Source: Haloquadratum walsbyi C23 (GTDB lineage: Archaea > Halobacteriota > Halobacteria > Halobacteriales > Haloferacaceae). From it: a stretch of DNA of 32,000 nucleotides. Where the stretch lies: assembly GCF_000237865.1 (NCBI RefSeq), contig NC_017459.1, positions 990,001-1,022,000 of the forward strand. Direction: 5' to 3'. Below are positions 19,320 to 27,900 of this stretch, in pieces. Every line of letters begins with the position of its first letter. The stretch's first letter is position 1. The notes beneath the pieces are model-generated. The model was not told the DNA's origin. It worked only from the letters and a program-made list of their open reading frames with translations, and did not search any database. The position numbers and the translations under genes are program-made.

Positions 19320-20003
19320 TCAGTAAAATTCAGCTTCGATTGCAGATTTAACACTCGACCAATCGGGTCTTGAAACAGGAATTCCATTAACGAATATAGT
19401 TGGTGTGCTGTCAACCCCACGATCGATACCTTGTTGTCGAGTATCTTCAATAACAGGCCGGTATGGCTCCTGTTTTGCAGAAGCGGCGACAAAACAATTG
19501 TCAACCTCAATCGGGGACGCAATATCATGAACAATTTGATACCCATTGGTGTTAAGTTCAGACTGCTGTTCATACACGCCCGTTATGAAATCAAAAAATG
19601 CTTTATCATCTGCCTTATCATGAACCGCACGCGATGCAGATGCGGCGCGCCAAGACCACTCTGACACCGGGATAGGAAAGTCAAAATACTGATATTGGAC
19701 ATCACCTTGTTCAACATAGTTTGAAACGATCTTGGGTGCGACCTCTAAGCTGAATGTTTGACAATGAGGACATGCAAAATCTTCAAATACAGCAACAGTT
19801 ACTGGGGCATCATCCGAACCCCGAGTCGGCGTTGGAAGCGATGAAACACGATCAATTGCACCAACGTCACACTCGAGTGGTCCAGTAACGTCATTACTCG
19901 TGCCGCCAGCATTGGTATTTCCGCCAAGACACCCTGTCATTGCCCCACCGCCGACAGCACCAATCATAGCGATGTACTTACGCCGAGTTGACTGCATACT
20001 CAT
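19320..20003 (-). CDS. DsbA-family thioredoxin-fold oxidoreductase, Tat-signal lipoprotein
   Basis: 'STRRKYIAMIGAVGGGAMTGCLGG' combines a twin-Arg motif with a lipobox. The active site is 'FACPHCQTF'. Confidence 0.85.
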   Translation of the reverse strand: MSMQSTRRKYIAMIGAVGGGAMTGCLGGNTNAGGTSNDVTGPLECDVGAIDRVSSLPTPTRGSDDAPVTVAVFEDFACPHCQTFSLEVAPKIVSNYVEQGDVQYQYFDFPIPVSEWSWRAASASRAVHDKADDKAFFDFITGVYEQQSELNTNGYQIVHDIASPIEVDNCFVAASAKQEPYRPVIEDTRQQGIDRGVDSTPTIFVNGIPVSRPDWSSVKSAIEAEFY

Positions 20004-20054
20004 TCATTCCTTCCCGGGTCATTTAGCGATTATTAAACTTGGATGACATCGCAT

Positions 20055-20081
20055 AAACTACCACGGGTTGGGTGACCCGTG
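20055..20081. repeat. left half of the split module (hairpin; terminator-like on the minus strand)
   Basis: 'aaactaccacgggttgggtgacccgtg'. The stem is 20062-20068 with 20075-20081. On the minus strand it is followed by 'tagttta'. Confidence 0.8.
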
Positions 20082-20414
20082 AAGTACCTCGGGGTCAAGC
20101 CCCGGAGGCTTCCCTGTTGAGACCGCACTACATCAGCAAGGGAATTTAATTCCTCCCGACCTCTTCCATGAGGAATCGGCTGGAAGTAACACCCGAACAC
20201 ACCGCAGCGCCCGTGGGAGTCGGTCACTCCACCATGACCCGTTGAAACCTCCGTCGCACCGCCAGCGGCGGACGTTGAGAGGGACCACATTTCTAGACTA
20301 CCACAGCCAGCAGTAGATGAAGACCGTTAATCCGTCTTTGAGATTTTCTTGACTATACCTATCTATGCCGGCTTCACCCTCGGGTCATATCAGTATCAAA
20401 GCCCCAAGGCACTC
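20082..20414 (-). ncRNA. GC-rich structured RNA; best guess RNase P RNA, identity unconfirmed (7S/SRP RNA or other not excluded)
   Basis: G+C is 54 of 80 nt in 20201-20280, against AT-rich flanks. A 13-bp terminal helix GAGUGCCUUGGGG/CCCCGAGGUACUU has three G.U pairs that are valid only on the minus strand. Internal hairpins are AAGACGGAUUAACGGUCUU, CUAC..GUAG, CCGCC-GCU-GGCGG and GGUGGAG..CUCCCAC. 'GAGGGUGAAGCCGGCAUAG' resembles the CR-I/P4 motif GAGGAAAGUCCGGGC but is not identical. The only ORF here (85 aa, minus strand) has non-protein-like composition. Confidence 0.5.
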
Positions 20415-20430
20415 GGCTTATTTATTTATA

Positions 20431-20452
20431 GAACTCTCGCTGTGTTCTTTAT
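20431..20452. repeat. right half of the split module (promoter-proximal on the minus strand)
   Basis: 'gaactctcgctgtgttctttat' matches 18351-18372 at 19/22. Confidence 0.8.
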
Positions 20453-20455
20453 ATC
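20447..20455 (-). promoter_or_regulatory. TATA-like box upstream of the GC-rich RNA
   Basis: The minus strand reads 'gatataaag', about 27-35 nt upstream of the first base of the terminal helix (20414). A second AT block, 'tataaataaataa', lies at 20418-20430. Confidence 0.3.
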
Positions 20456-20590
20456 ACCGGTAAATTCTCTTTATAAAAATTCATTCATCATAAACTAGCA
20501 GTCAATTGGCGCTCGTTTAATGTAATATGAATCATATAAGTGGATGATAGAACCAGTCGATTTTTCACCGGCGCATGTTCTCAATATAAT

Positions 20591-20809
20591 ATGGAATTTG
20601 ACGAAGACGACAGCGTAGTGTTGCATGATAAGCACAGCGAATTCGATGGTAAGACCGGAACAGTTACACAGGTCGTCGAAACGATGTTTGGAGATGCAAC
20701 ATATACTGTCAGTTTTGAGGATGGTCAGGAAGTTGGTATTGCTGCAGACCAACTTGACCCGGTTGAAACTGAAACAAATACAGACGAAAACAACACTGCG
20801 TCTGAGTAA
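20591..20809 (+). CDS. small acidic protein, function unknown
   Basis: 72 aa from the ATG at 20591: 'MEFDEDDSVVLHDKHSEFDGKTGTVTQVVETMFGDATYTVSFEDGQEV...'. The GTG-extended N-terminus in the ORF track looks non-native. Confidence 0.55.
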   Translation: MEFDEDDSVVLHDKHSEFDGKTGTVTQVVETMFGDATYTVSFEDGQEVGIAADQLDPVETETNTDENNTASE

Positions 20810-20844
20810 GCGAGTCTTTTTACCCCTGAGGCTAAAGCAGGAAT

Positions 20845-21300
20845 ATGCCTCAGATACCGTTCCATTATATTGATTTACGCACATTCTCATATGAGACTGA
20901 GGATGAAAAGCGCGTCAATTCTGCACTCCAAACGATTCTCCCTGAGGATTTCCCTCTTACCCGGACGGAGAGCAGTGGTCACCATGGTGATCGAATTATT
21001 GTGTTCTCAACCCGTGTGGAGTCAGCCGATGCAATACGGCATGTTCTCATACAGCTTGCACGATTACCGTCATTTGAGACACTTCAATCAGAGCTTGATG
21101 AACGAGTTACAGAAAACACTGAGTTATTTCTCCGATTAGACAAGCAGGCTGCATTCCGTGGAATGATACGCCGTGGTGAGGGAATTACACTTCGTGCGAA
21201 GGTTGAGGCATACCCAGCAAAAAAATCTGCTGCAGTAAAGAACGCAGATGAGGCATTGACACAGGCTGCATCCTTACTTGCAGCGAATGACTCTGAATGA
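20845..21300 (+). CDS. archaeal RNA-binding protein of the DUF54/COG1325-like ('predicted exosome subunit') family
   Basis: 151 aa. 'RTFSYETEDEKRVNSALQTILPEDF' and 'FLRLDKQAAFRGMI' resemble the family signature. This call is from memory and is moderate. Confidence 0.6.
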   Translation: MPQIPFHYIDLRTFSYETEDEKRVNSALQTILPEDFPLTRTESSGHHGDRIIVFSTRVESADAIRHVLIQLARLPSFETLQSELDERVTENTELFLRLDKQAAFRGMIRRGEGITLRAKVEAYPAKKSAAVKNADEALTQAASLLAANDSE

Positions 21301-21584
21301 GAATTAACACGATATATAAACTGCCCTCCCTTGCTTGATTTATTTTAGCCTCTTATCGAATGTTAGTGATTTTATATTTTTATCCGAAGCAGAGCGCGTA
21401 ATCGGGCGTTCCAATTGAATTAACTGTGGTTTCGGATATAAGCATTGGTCATATTGCCGACGACTGTTATGTGATATATAATCAAATTATCGTCGTCTCT
21501 TGTTCACAGGTGTCGCATCTGTCCTCCGCAGACAGCAGCTCTGTGCTGTCATCCTCATGTTGTCATTCAATATCAGATATCATA

Positions 21585-22148
21585 TTATTTGATCGAACAT
21601 CCCTGTGATGGCGTCTCTGTTAGTGGAATTGGTTCATCATTGAGCACAGCTTCAACAGCCCGTCGCATCTCATAAGCACTCACGGCTTCATTGGGTGACA
21701 TTGCATCATCAATCCGTGAGTGGAATACAAGTTCAAATTGGCTTTCATCACCGGAGCTCCTTCGATTGAATAAGAATGGATCGGGCGTGCATACCGCTCC
21801 ATACTCATCAGTGACCGCCTGTGACTCATCGCGAAGATATGCTGTATACCGAACTTCATCAGCGGAGACCCGTTCGCGCATTCGATCAAGACTGTCCTCA
21901 GGATATGCCTCGGCGTCATTTGGATTGATACCAACGACAGCCAGCGAGGGATATGTTTCTGTTAGATGATTCAATTCCTCAACCTTTGCCTCGGCATATG
22001 GACAATGATTGCAGGTAAATACGATTAAAACCGCATCATAACTCAGCAGGTCATCTAATGCAACTGTGTCGCCAGCGGCTGCTGGTAATTCAAAGTATGG
22101 TGCAGGATCACCACGTGACAGTTCAGAATCAGACTCAACTAAGACCAT
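21585..22148 (-). CDS. thioredoxin-fold redoxin (AhpC/TSA-like, CxxC)
   Basis: 'DAVLIVFTCNHCPYAEAKVEEL' and 'VVGINPND'. Confidence 0.8.
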   Translation of the reverse strand: MVLVESDSELSRGDPAPYFELPAAAGDTVALDDLLSYDAVLIVFTCNHCPYAEAKVEELNHLTETYPSLAVVGINPNDAEAYPEDSLDRMRERVSADEVRYTAYLRDESQAVTDEYGAVCTPDPFLFNRRSSGDESQFELVFHSRIDDAMSPNEAVSAYEMRRAVEAVLNDEPIPLTETPSQGCSIK

Positions 22149-22266
22149 TATATTATATTACATGTATGTAACTGGATATAAAAACGATGGTTATCGAATT
22201 GCACTTCTGACACCGTAGTTGATAAAATAATTTATTCCGCCTGAGAGAGTAATCATATTTGGTGCA

Positions 22267-22713
22267 ATGACAAAACGACAAAATCCCTTCCGAGAGCTTG
22301 AACGACTGTTTGAGCAGATGCACAAGAACGTTGAGGAGGCCGCAACACAACTGACGGCTGAATCATCAACCGGGATAACACCAACAGGTACAATCCGGGT
22401 TGATCTTGAGGATCGGGAAACAGCATTTGTCGTCACTGCAGAACTACCGGGATTTAATCGTGAAGACATTGATGTCCAATTAACTAATCAAATACTGCAG
22501 ATACGAGCTAATCAAGAATCCGAAATGGGGTCAAACTCTGATAGCGGATATATACGGCAGGAGCGGTATCACGCCTCAGTCTCACGCTCAATCCGACTTC
22601 CAAAAAGCGTTGACCCTAATGAGGTTACTGCAAAATATAATAATGGTATATTGAGCATTGAAATGGCTAAAAAAGACCCAAACACTAATGAAACACAGAT
22701 TGAGATTGAATAA
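22267..22713 (+). CDS. hsp20: Hsp20/alpha-crystallin small heat-shock protein
   Basis: Alpha-crystallin domain: 'VDLEDRETAFVVTAELPGFNREDIDVQL' ... 'YNNGILSIEMAK'. Confidence 0.9.
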   Translation: MTKRQNPFRELERLFEQMHKNVEEAATQLTAESSTGITPTGTIRVDLEDRETAFVVTAELPGFNREDIDVQLTNQILQIRANQESEMGSNSDSGYIRQERYHASVSRSIRLPKSVDPNEVTAKYNNGILSIEMAKKDPNTNETQIEIE

Positions 22714-23396
22714 CTTCGAAATATCTCTAGGAAGATTACATCACGAATCTGCTGACTGGCTGTAGTATCTATATACACAATGGTTTGCTGTAGGCGGTTC
22801 GAGATCTATAGCTCATATATTACCATTCTCGATATCCAAATCACAATCAAGAGCTTTGATGAGTTCTGTCAGTTAATACTCGTAATAGGTATTGTTACTT
22901 TCAGAGATTACTATTGGTGGTTTTGTTTGGTGGACGAGATTCACTCTTGGGAGCAATCCCCGAGATACTTTACCTCAATTGTTGTAGATTCAACAACACC
23001 GCTACGTTATACAGATTCGAAGAGAGTACCTGCGATTTTCGCCGTCTTCAGGAATCTGTGAGTTCTGGTGTGCAAACGAAACCAGCGGTCTCGGTAATCC
23101 AGGATGAATCAAACAATCCGGAATCATTCCATGTTCGATTGTTCACCCGAGATTTCAATCCGTTATTTTAATTCTCAGGCAGCCTTCTTCAACAATAGGA
23201 ATCAGGCGAGAATAGAGTGATTCTGCCGTGTCCGACGATGGCGACCTGTTCGCCCTAAGAGCTGATATAAATTCACATCCCTGAATCTATACCACATACT
23301 GATATGCTTCTTTATCGAAGACATACCTCAATACAATCACAATCTTTCACAATCGATATGAGCAAACCATTTCAAGCCAGCACTCCTCGCACTTGT

Positions 23397-23885
23397 ATGG
23401 CAACGAAGCGGGAACTAGTCGACTTGTTGCTGAACGATGCTCGACAGAGCGCAGATGATATTGCACGCCAACTCGGTGTTGACGCAGCGACAGTTGATGC
23501 GCTCGTCGACGAGTTAGAAGCCGAAGGTGCCGTCCGTGGGTATCAAGCGGTTGTCGATTGGGACCGTCTTGACACAGATCATGTCCGTGCAGAGGTAGAG
23601 CTAAATGTCGAACTTGACCGCGAGACAGGATATCAAAAAATTGCACGTCGAATCGCCAAATTCTCTGAGGTAAGTTCACTCCGACTTATCTCGGGAAGCT
23701 ATGATCTTGCTGTCGAAGTCGAAGGGGAGTCAATGCATGATATCTCTACGTTTGTCTCCGAGCAAATTGCACCGATTCCAGAAATAACACAAACCGTGAC
23801 ACACTTCGTAATGACGACATACAAAGAACGTGGTATTTATTTCGAAAACAATGATGAGGATGACAGGCTTGCTGTGTCACCATGA
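23397..23885 (+). CDS. Lrp/AsnC family transcriptional regulator
   Basis: HTH 'LLNDARQSADDIARQLGVDAATVDALVDELEAEGAVRGY' followed by a RAM-like domain. The ATG at 23397 is preferred. The stop overlaps the next start (ATGA at 23882-23885). Confidence 0.85.
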   Translation: MATKRELVDLLLNDARQSADDIARQLGVDAATVDALVDELEAEGAVRGYQAVVDWDRLDTDHVRAEVELNVELDRETGYQKIARRIAKFSEVSSLRLISGSYDLAVEVEGESMHDISTFVSEQIAPIPEITQTVTHFVMTTYKERGIYFENNDEDDRLAVSP

Positions 23886-25159
23886 CTGATCGGCAAGGTC
23901 ATTCAGCATCATCGATTGAATCAGAACAGGCAAACGATGAAATAAGGAATCCCGACCACACTAGTGGCAATATACACCGTTTATCACAGCGAGCAAAACA
24001 AACACCGCCATCTGGTATTCGTCGATTCTTTGAGTTAGCAGATGAGATGGATGATATTGTCTCATTGGGTGTTGGTGAGCCAGACTTCTCTGCACCATGG
24101 GCGGCTCGGTCGGCGGCGATTGATGCGCTTGAGCGTGGAAAAACGTCATACACTGCAAATCGAGGGCGAAGTGATCTCCGGGCAAATATCTCCGAGCATG
24201 TCAAACAGTATGATCTTGAGTATGACCCTGATGAAGAGATTCTTGTCACTGCTGGCGCCAGTGAAGCAGTTGACCTTGCAATGCGAGCGCTTGTTGACCC
24301 AGGTGAGACTGTTGCTGTGCCGAAACCGTCATACATTTCATATGCACCGTCTGTGACGTTTGCTGGCGGTGAGGTTCGATCTGTGCCAACGCGTGCAGAG
24401 ACCGATTTTACCCTCACATATGAAGATCTCACTGCTGCTAATGCATCAGAGGCGTCAGCACTTGTTCTCTGTTACCCGAATAATCCTACCGGAGCGGTTA
24501 TGACTCGAGACGAACTTAGGGATGTTGCCACTTTTGCTCGTGAACATGACTTATTTGTGCTCTCGGATGAGATCTACTCTGCGCTTCGGTATGATGATGA
24601 ACATGTCTCGATTGCAACGCTCCCAGAAATGCGCGAGCGAACTCTCGTATTCAATGGGTTCTCGAAAGCATATGCCATGACAGGAATGCGATTAGGATAT
24701 GCACTTGGTCCACAGGAAGTTATTGATGCGATGAATCGAATCCATCAGTACACAATGCTCTCAGCACCGACAACCGCACAGGCAGCAGCGATGGAAGCAA
24801 TCAATTCATGTGAACCAGCCGTCGAGAAAATGCGTCAGGCGTTTGATCGTCGTCGTCAATTTGTCATCTCACGATTTAATGAACTTGGGATGGACTGTTT
24901 TGAGGCAAAGGGCGCATTCTATGTCTTTCCAAAGTGTCCACCGGGATGGGAAGATGATGAGGAATTTGCCGAAGCACTCATTCATGAAGAACGAGTTGCG
25001 CTTGTGCCCGGACGCGTCTTTGGAGACGGTGGCGAGGGTCATTTACGGGTCTCATATGCATCCGGAATGGATGATTTGAAAACTGCACTCACTCGAATCG
25101 AGTCATTTCTTGAATCTTATCCCACCTCAGCGTCACTTGAGGTATCCGATACAGCATGA
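23882..25159 (+). CDS. class I/II PLP-dependent aminotransferase (aspartate/aromatic type)
   Basis: 'NPTGAV', the PLP-Lys block 'FNGFSKAYAMTGMRLGY', and 'LRVSYA'. Confidence 0.9.
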   Translation: MTDRQGHSASSIESEQANDEIRNPDHTSGNIHRLSQRAKQTPPSGIRRFFELADEMDDIVSLGVGEPDFSAPWAARSAAIDALERGKTSYTANRGRSDLRANISEHVKQYDLEYDPDEEILVTAGASEAVDLAMRALVDPGETVAVPKPSYISYAPSVTFAGGEVRSVPTRAETDFTLTYEDLTAANASEASALVLCYPNNPTGAVMTRDELRDVATFAREHDLFVLSDEIYSALRYDDEHVSIATLPEMRERTLVFNGFSKAYAMTGMRLGYALGPQEVIDAMNRIHQYTMLSAPTTAQAAAMEAINSCEPAVEKMRQAFDRRRQFVISRFNELGMDCFEAKGAFYVFPKCPPGWEDDEEFAEALIHEERVALVPGRVFGDGGEGHLRVSYASGMDDLKTALTRIESFLESYPTSASLEVSDTA

Positions 25160-25720
25160 GGATCTCCGCATAGCAGATGATAGTATATTTAACATGAATT
25201 ATACTGTCAAAGACTTCTGAATCAGTATCTTGAAATATATCACTGCGATTAAATTCTATTTATATTTAACCCCAAGTTGAGCTGCTAATTTAAGATTGGT
25301 ATGATTGCTGAGATTGGCAGGTCGAAAAAGAGATCCCCTCCCCAGTTTCAAGAAACGAACAGCGATAGTCGTGAGTGGGAGAGAGCGGTTCACGTTAATT
25401 AATTATCAATTATCGGCTACTTATTCGTGATTTTGTTTCAAATCTCAAGCGGAGACAAATGTTACTGTTTCTGCAGCTCTTCGCACTAAATATAAATCCC
25501 CAGTGTATTCGCTTACACATGACAGTTTTGTTTCTGATGCCAGATCAAATCAATTGCAATCATGAATGCGAGTAAACCCTCTATTGTACAATCAAGCATA
25601 TTACGATGATAATACAGCAGCAACACAGGTCACTGTTCACCTATCAATCAATCCACACATGAATTATTACTGTACAGGACATCATCGAGGAGATTCCATC
25701 ATCGTCAGACCTGAGTCATC

Positions 25721-27241
25721 ATGCGCATACCAAGGAGCCATATGAGTCACTGGCAAGCCCGCGGTTTGATGATTCTGATATTGATGATTGTTATAACTGC
25801 AGGTATTCTCCCACTTGTAACCGCTCAACAGTCTGATGTGACGATTGGATCGATCAATGTGACACCAACGAATCCCTCCTCAGGTGACGCTGTAGTCATC
25901 AATGCGGAACTCAGAAATTCTGAGACGAGTACTGGAAGTGTAAAAATATCTCAAGTAAGCATTGACGGTCCATCGATTGATGAGAATGCTGATGATATCG
26001 GAAAGCTCGGACCAGGCACATCGGTCACAGTACCATTTTCGGTTGTCTTCGATGAACCAGGACAAAAGAAACTCACGGTCACAATGTATGGGCAAGAGGA
26101 TACTGGAAGCGTATTTTCCATCCAAAAGCCAGTATACGTTTCCGTTGAGCGTGATAGCACGCTTCTATCATCAACAACTGAAACTGTCGCCGCCGGAGGG
26201 CTTGCGCCAATAAATATCACTGTATCAAACGGTGATAATGAGGCAATTACTGGCGTCCAACTCACAGTTGATGATGTTCGAGTTGAGGAACCACAACGAA
26301 CACGTGGGTCAATTGCATCTGGTAGCGAGCAGACATTTCAGTATGATGCATATTTTGAATCGCCTGGTCAACATTCATTGACTAGTACGATTATCTATCA
26401 AACAAGCGATGGAGTGACACACCGAACGACTGAAACGATCCCAATCACTGTTGAGCGTCCGCGGGTCAATGTTGATCTTTCTGTGCGCGCTAATTCGAAT
26501 CAATCGGGCGGAACAATAGTTGAACTCACCAACTTTGGAAATACATATCTAAGTGACATTACAGTGAATGCAGCAGCGAACGGAGATATTGTTGCTCGAA
26601 AATTACTTTCAAATCTACAATCCGAAACAAGCCGATCTCTCACGTTTGAACCCGAGAGTGGTGTCAGTGGACCACTAGAGTTCACAGCAAGATATGAAGC
26701 TGCTGGTAAAACCCACTCGGTATCTGCAACAACCAATCAGGCGCTTGGAGAAATTCGACTCACCAGTGTTGAAACAACACAGGGTGGTACAGCAGTGACA
26801 ATCACCGGAGACGCTGCAAATATTGGTCGTACAAATGCTGATGGAGTCCTACTTAGTATCGCCGACACGAGTTCAACAACCCCTGTATCACCATCAGGTG
26901 AATATTTTGTTGGTGAGATAGAAGCAAGTGAATTTGCGACATTCGAACTTACCGCATCGGTACAGCCAGATATTAACACAATCCCTGTCAATGTTGGCTA
27001 TGTCGTCGAGGGAGACCGCATTCAACAGACTCAGCGAATTTCACTACCTGTAGACCGAATAAATGCATCAACCGAGGCACAGGATGCTGCGGCGGTGGCT
27101 CAGCAATCGAATGATAGATCTGATGACCGCACTGGTAGTGCTGGACTCCTCGGCAGTCTTCCGCTTCTTCCGATTGGTGCTGTCGTTATGATACTTGTCA
27201 TTGCAATAGGTACGTATCGGTGGCGTCGTGTTACACAATGA
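25721..27241 (+). CDS. secreted, C-terminally anchored surface protein with repeated CARDB/COG1361-like beta domains
   Basis: Signal peptide 'LMILILMIVITAGILPLVTAQQ'. Repeated Ig-like segments such as 'ITVSNGDNEAITGVQLTV' and 'IVELTNFGNTYLSDITVNA'. C-terminal TM 'LLPIGAVVMILVIAIGTYRWRR'. Confidence 0.7.
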   Translation: MRIPRSHMSHWQARGLMILILMIVITAGILPLVTAQQSDVTIGSINVTPTNPSSGDAVVINAELRNSETSTGSVKISQVSIDGPSIDENADDIGKLGPGTSVTVPFSVVFDEPGQKKLTVTMYGQEDTGSVFSIQKPVYVSVERDSTLLSSTTETVAAGGLAPINITVSNGDNEAITGVQLTVDDVRVEEPQRTRGSIASGSEQTFQYDAYFESPGQHSLTSTIIYQTSDGVTHRTTETIPITVERPRVNVDLSVRANSNQSGGTIVELTNFGNTYLSDITVNAAANGDIVARKLLSNLQSETSRSLTFEPESGVSGPLEFTARYEAAGKTHSVSATTNQALGEIRLTSVETTQGGTAVTITGDAANIGRTNADGVLLSIADTSSTTPVSPSGEYFVGEIEASEFATFELTASVQPDINTIPVNVGYVVEGDRIQQTQRISLPVDRINASTEAQDAAAVAQQSNDRSDDRTGSAGLLGSLPLLPIGAVVMILVIAIGTYRWRRVTQ

Positions 27242-27900
27242 GTGTCATTGAGCTTCATGATGTTCTTAAACGATACCAAAGCGGTGAACAGACCGTTGAA
27301 GCGCTCAAAGGGATTGATTTCCATGCTGACCGCGGGCAAATGGTTACGGTTATTGGTCCTTCTGGTTCTGGCAAAAGTACGATGCTTAATATGATCGGAC
27401 TTCTTGATACGCCAACCCATGGGACTGTTTCTCTTGATGATAATAATGTAACAGATTATACTGAAGATGAGCTGACAGAAGAACGCCGGTCAGGAATCGG
27501 GTTTGTATTTCAGAGTTTCTATCTTTTACCGATGCTCACCGCGACCGAAAACGTCGAATTACCCTCAATGTGGGATACATCTGTTGATCGTCGTGACCGT
27601 GCTATTGACTTACTTGAACGCGTTGGACTCGGGGATCGACTTAAGCACACACCAGATCAACTCTCGGGTGGTCAACGACAGCGCGTTGCAATCGCCCGCG
27701 CGTTGATTAATCGTCCTGAGATCCTGCTTGCAGACGAACCAACAGGAAATCTTGATCAAGATACTGGTCAAACAATTCTTGAGGAAATCACGCGGCTTAA
27801 AAATGAAGAAGATATTGCGATTGTCGCCGTGACCCATGATGAACAACTTGTTGAATATGCTGATCGTGTCGTTCGACTCGTTGATGGGAGCGTGCAGTGA
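27238..27900 (+). CDS. ABC transporter ATP-binding protein (MacB/LolD-type)
   Basis: Walker A 'GPSGSGKST', signature 'LSGGQRQRVAIARAL', Walker B 'ILLADEPT'. The start ATG overlaps the upstream stop (ATGA). Confidence 0.9.
   Translation: MSVIELHDVLKRYQSGEQTVEALKGIDFHADRGQMVTVIGPSGSGKSTMLNMIGLLDTPTHGTVSLDDNNVTDYTEDELTEERRSGIGFVFQSFYLLPMLTATENVELPSMWDTSVDRRDRAIDLLERVGLGDRLKHTPDQLSGGQRQRVAIARALINRPEILLADEPTGNLDQDTGQTILEEITRLKNEEDIAIVAVTHDEQLVEYADRVVRLVDGSVQ

Noticed and set aside
20033-20290. 85-aa minus-strand ORF (MWSLSTSAAGGATEVSTGHGG...)
   Set aside because: It lies wholly inside the GC-rich structured-RNA island. Its composition is rich in Gly, Arg, Cys and His and not acidic, and it has no motif. 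The open frame is most simply explained by high local GC.
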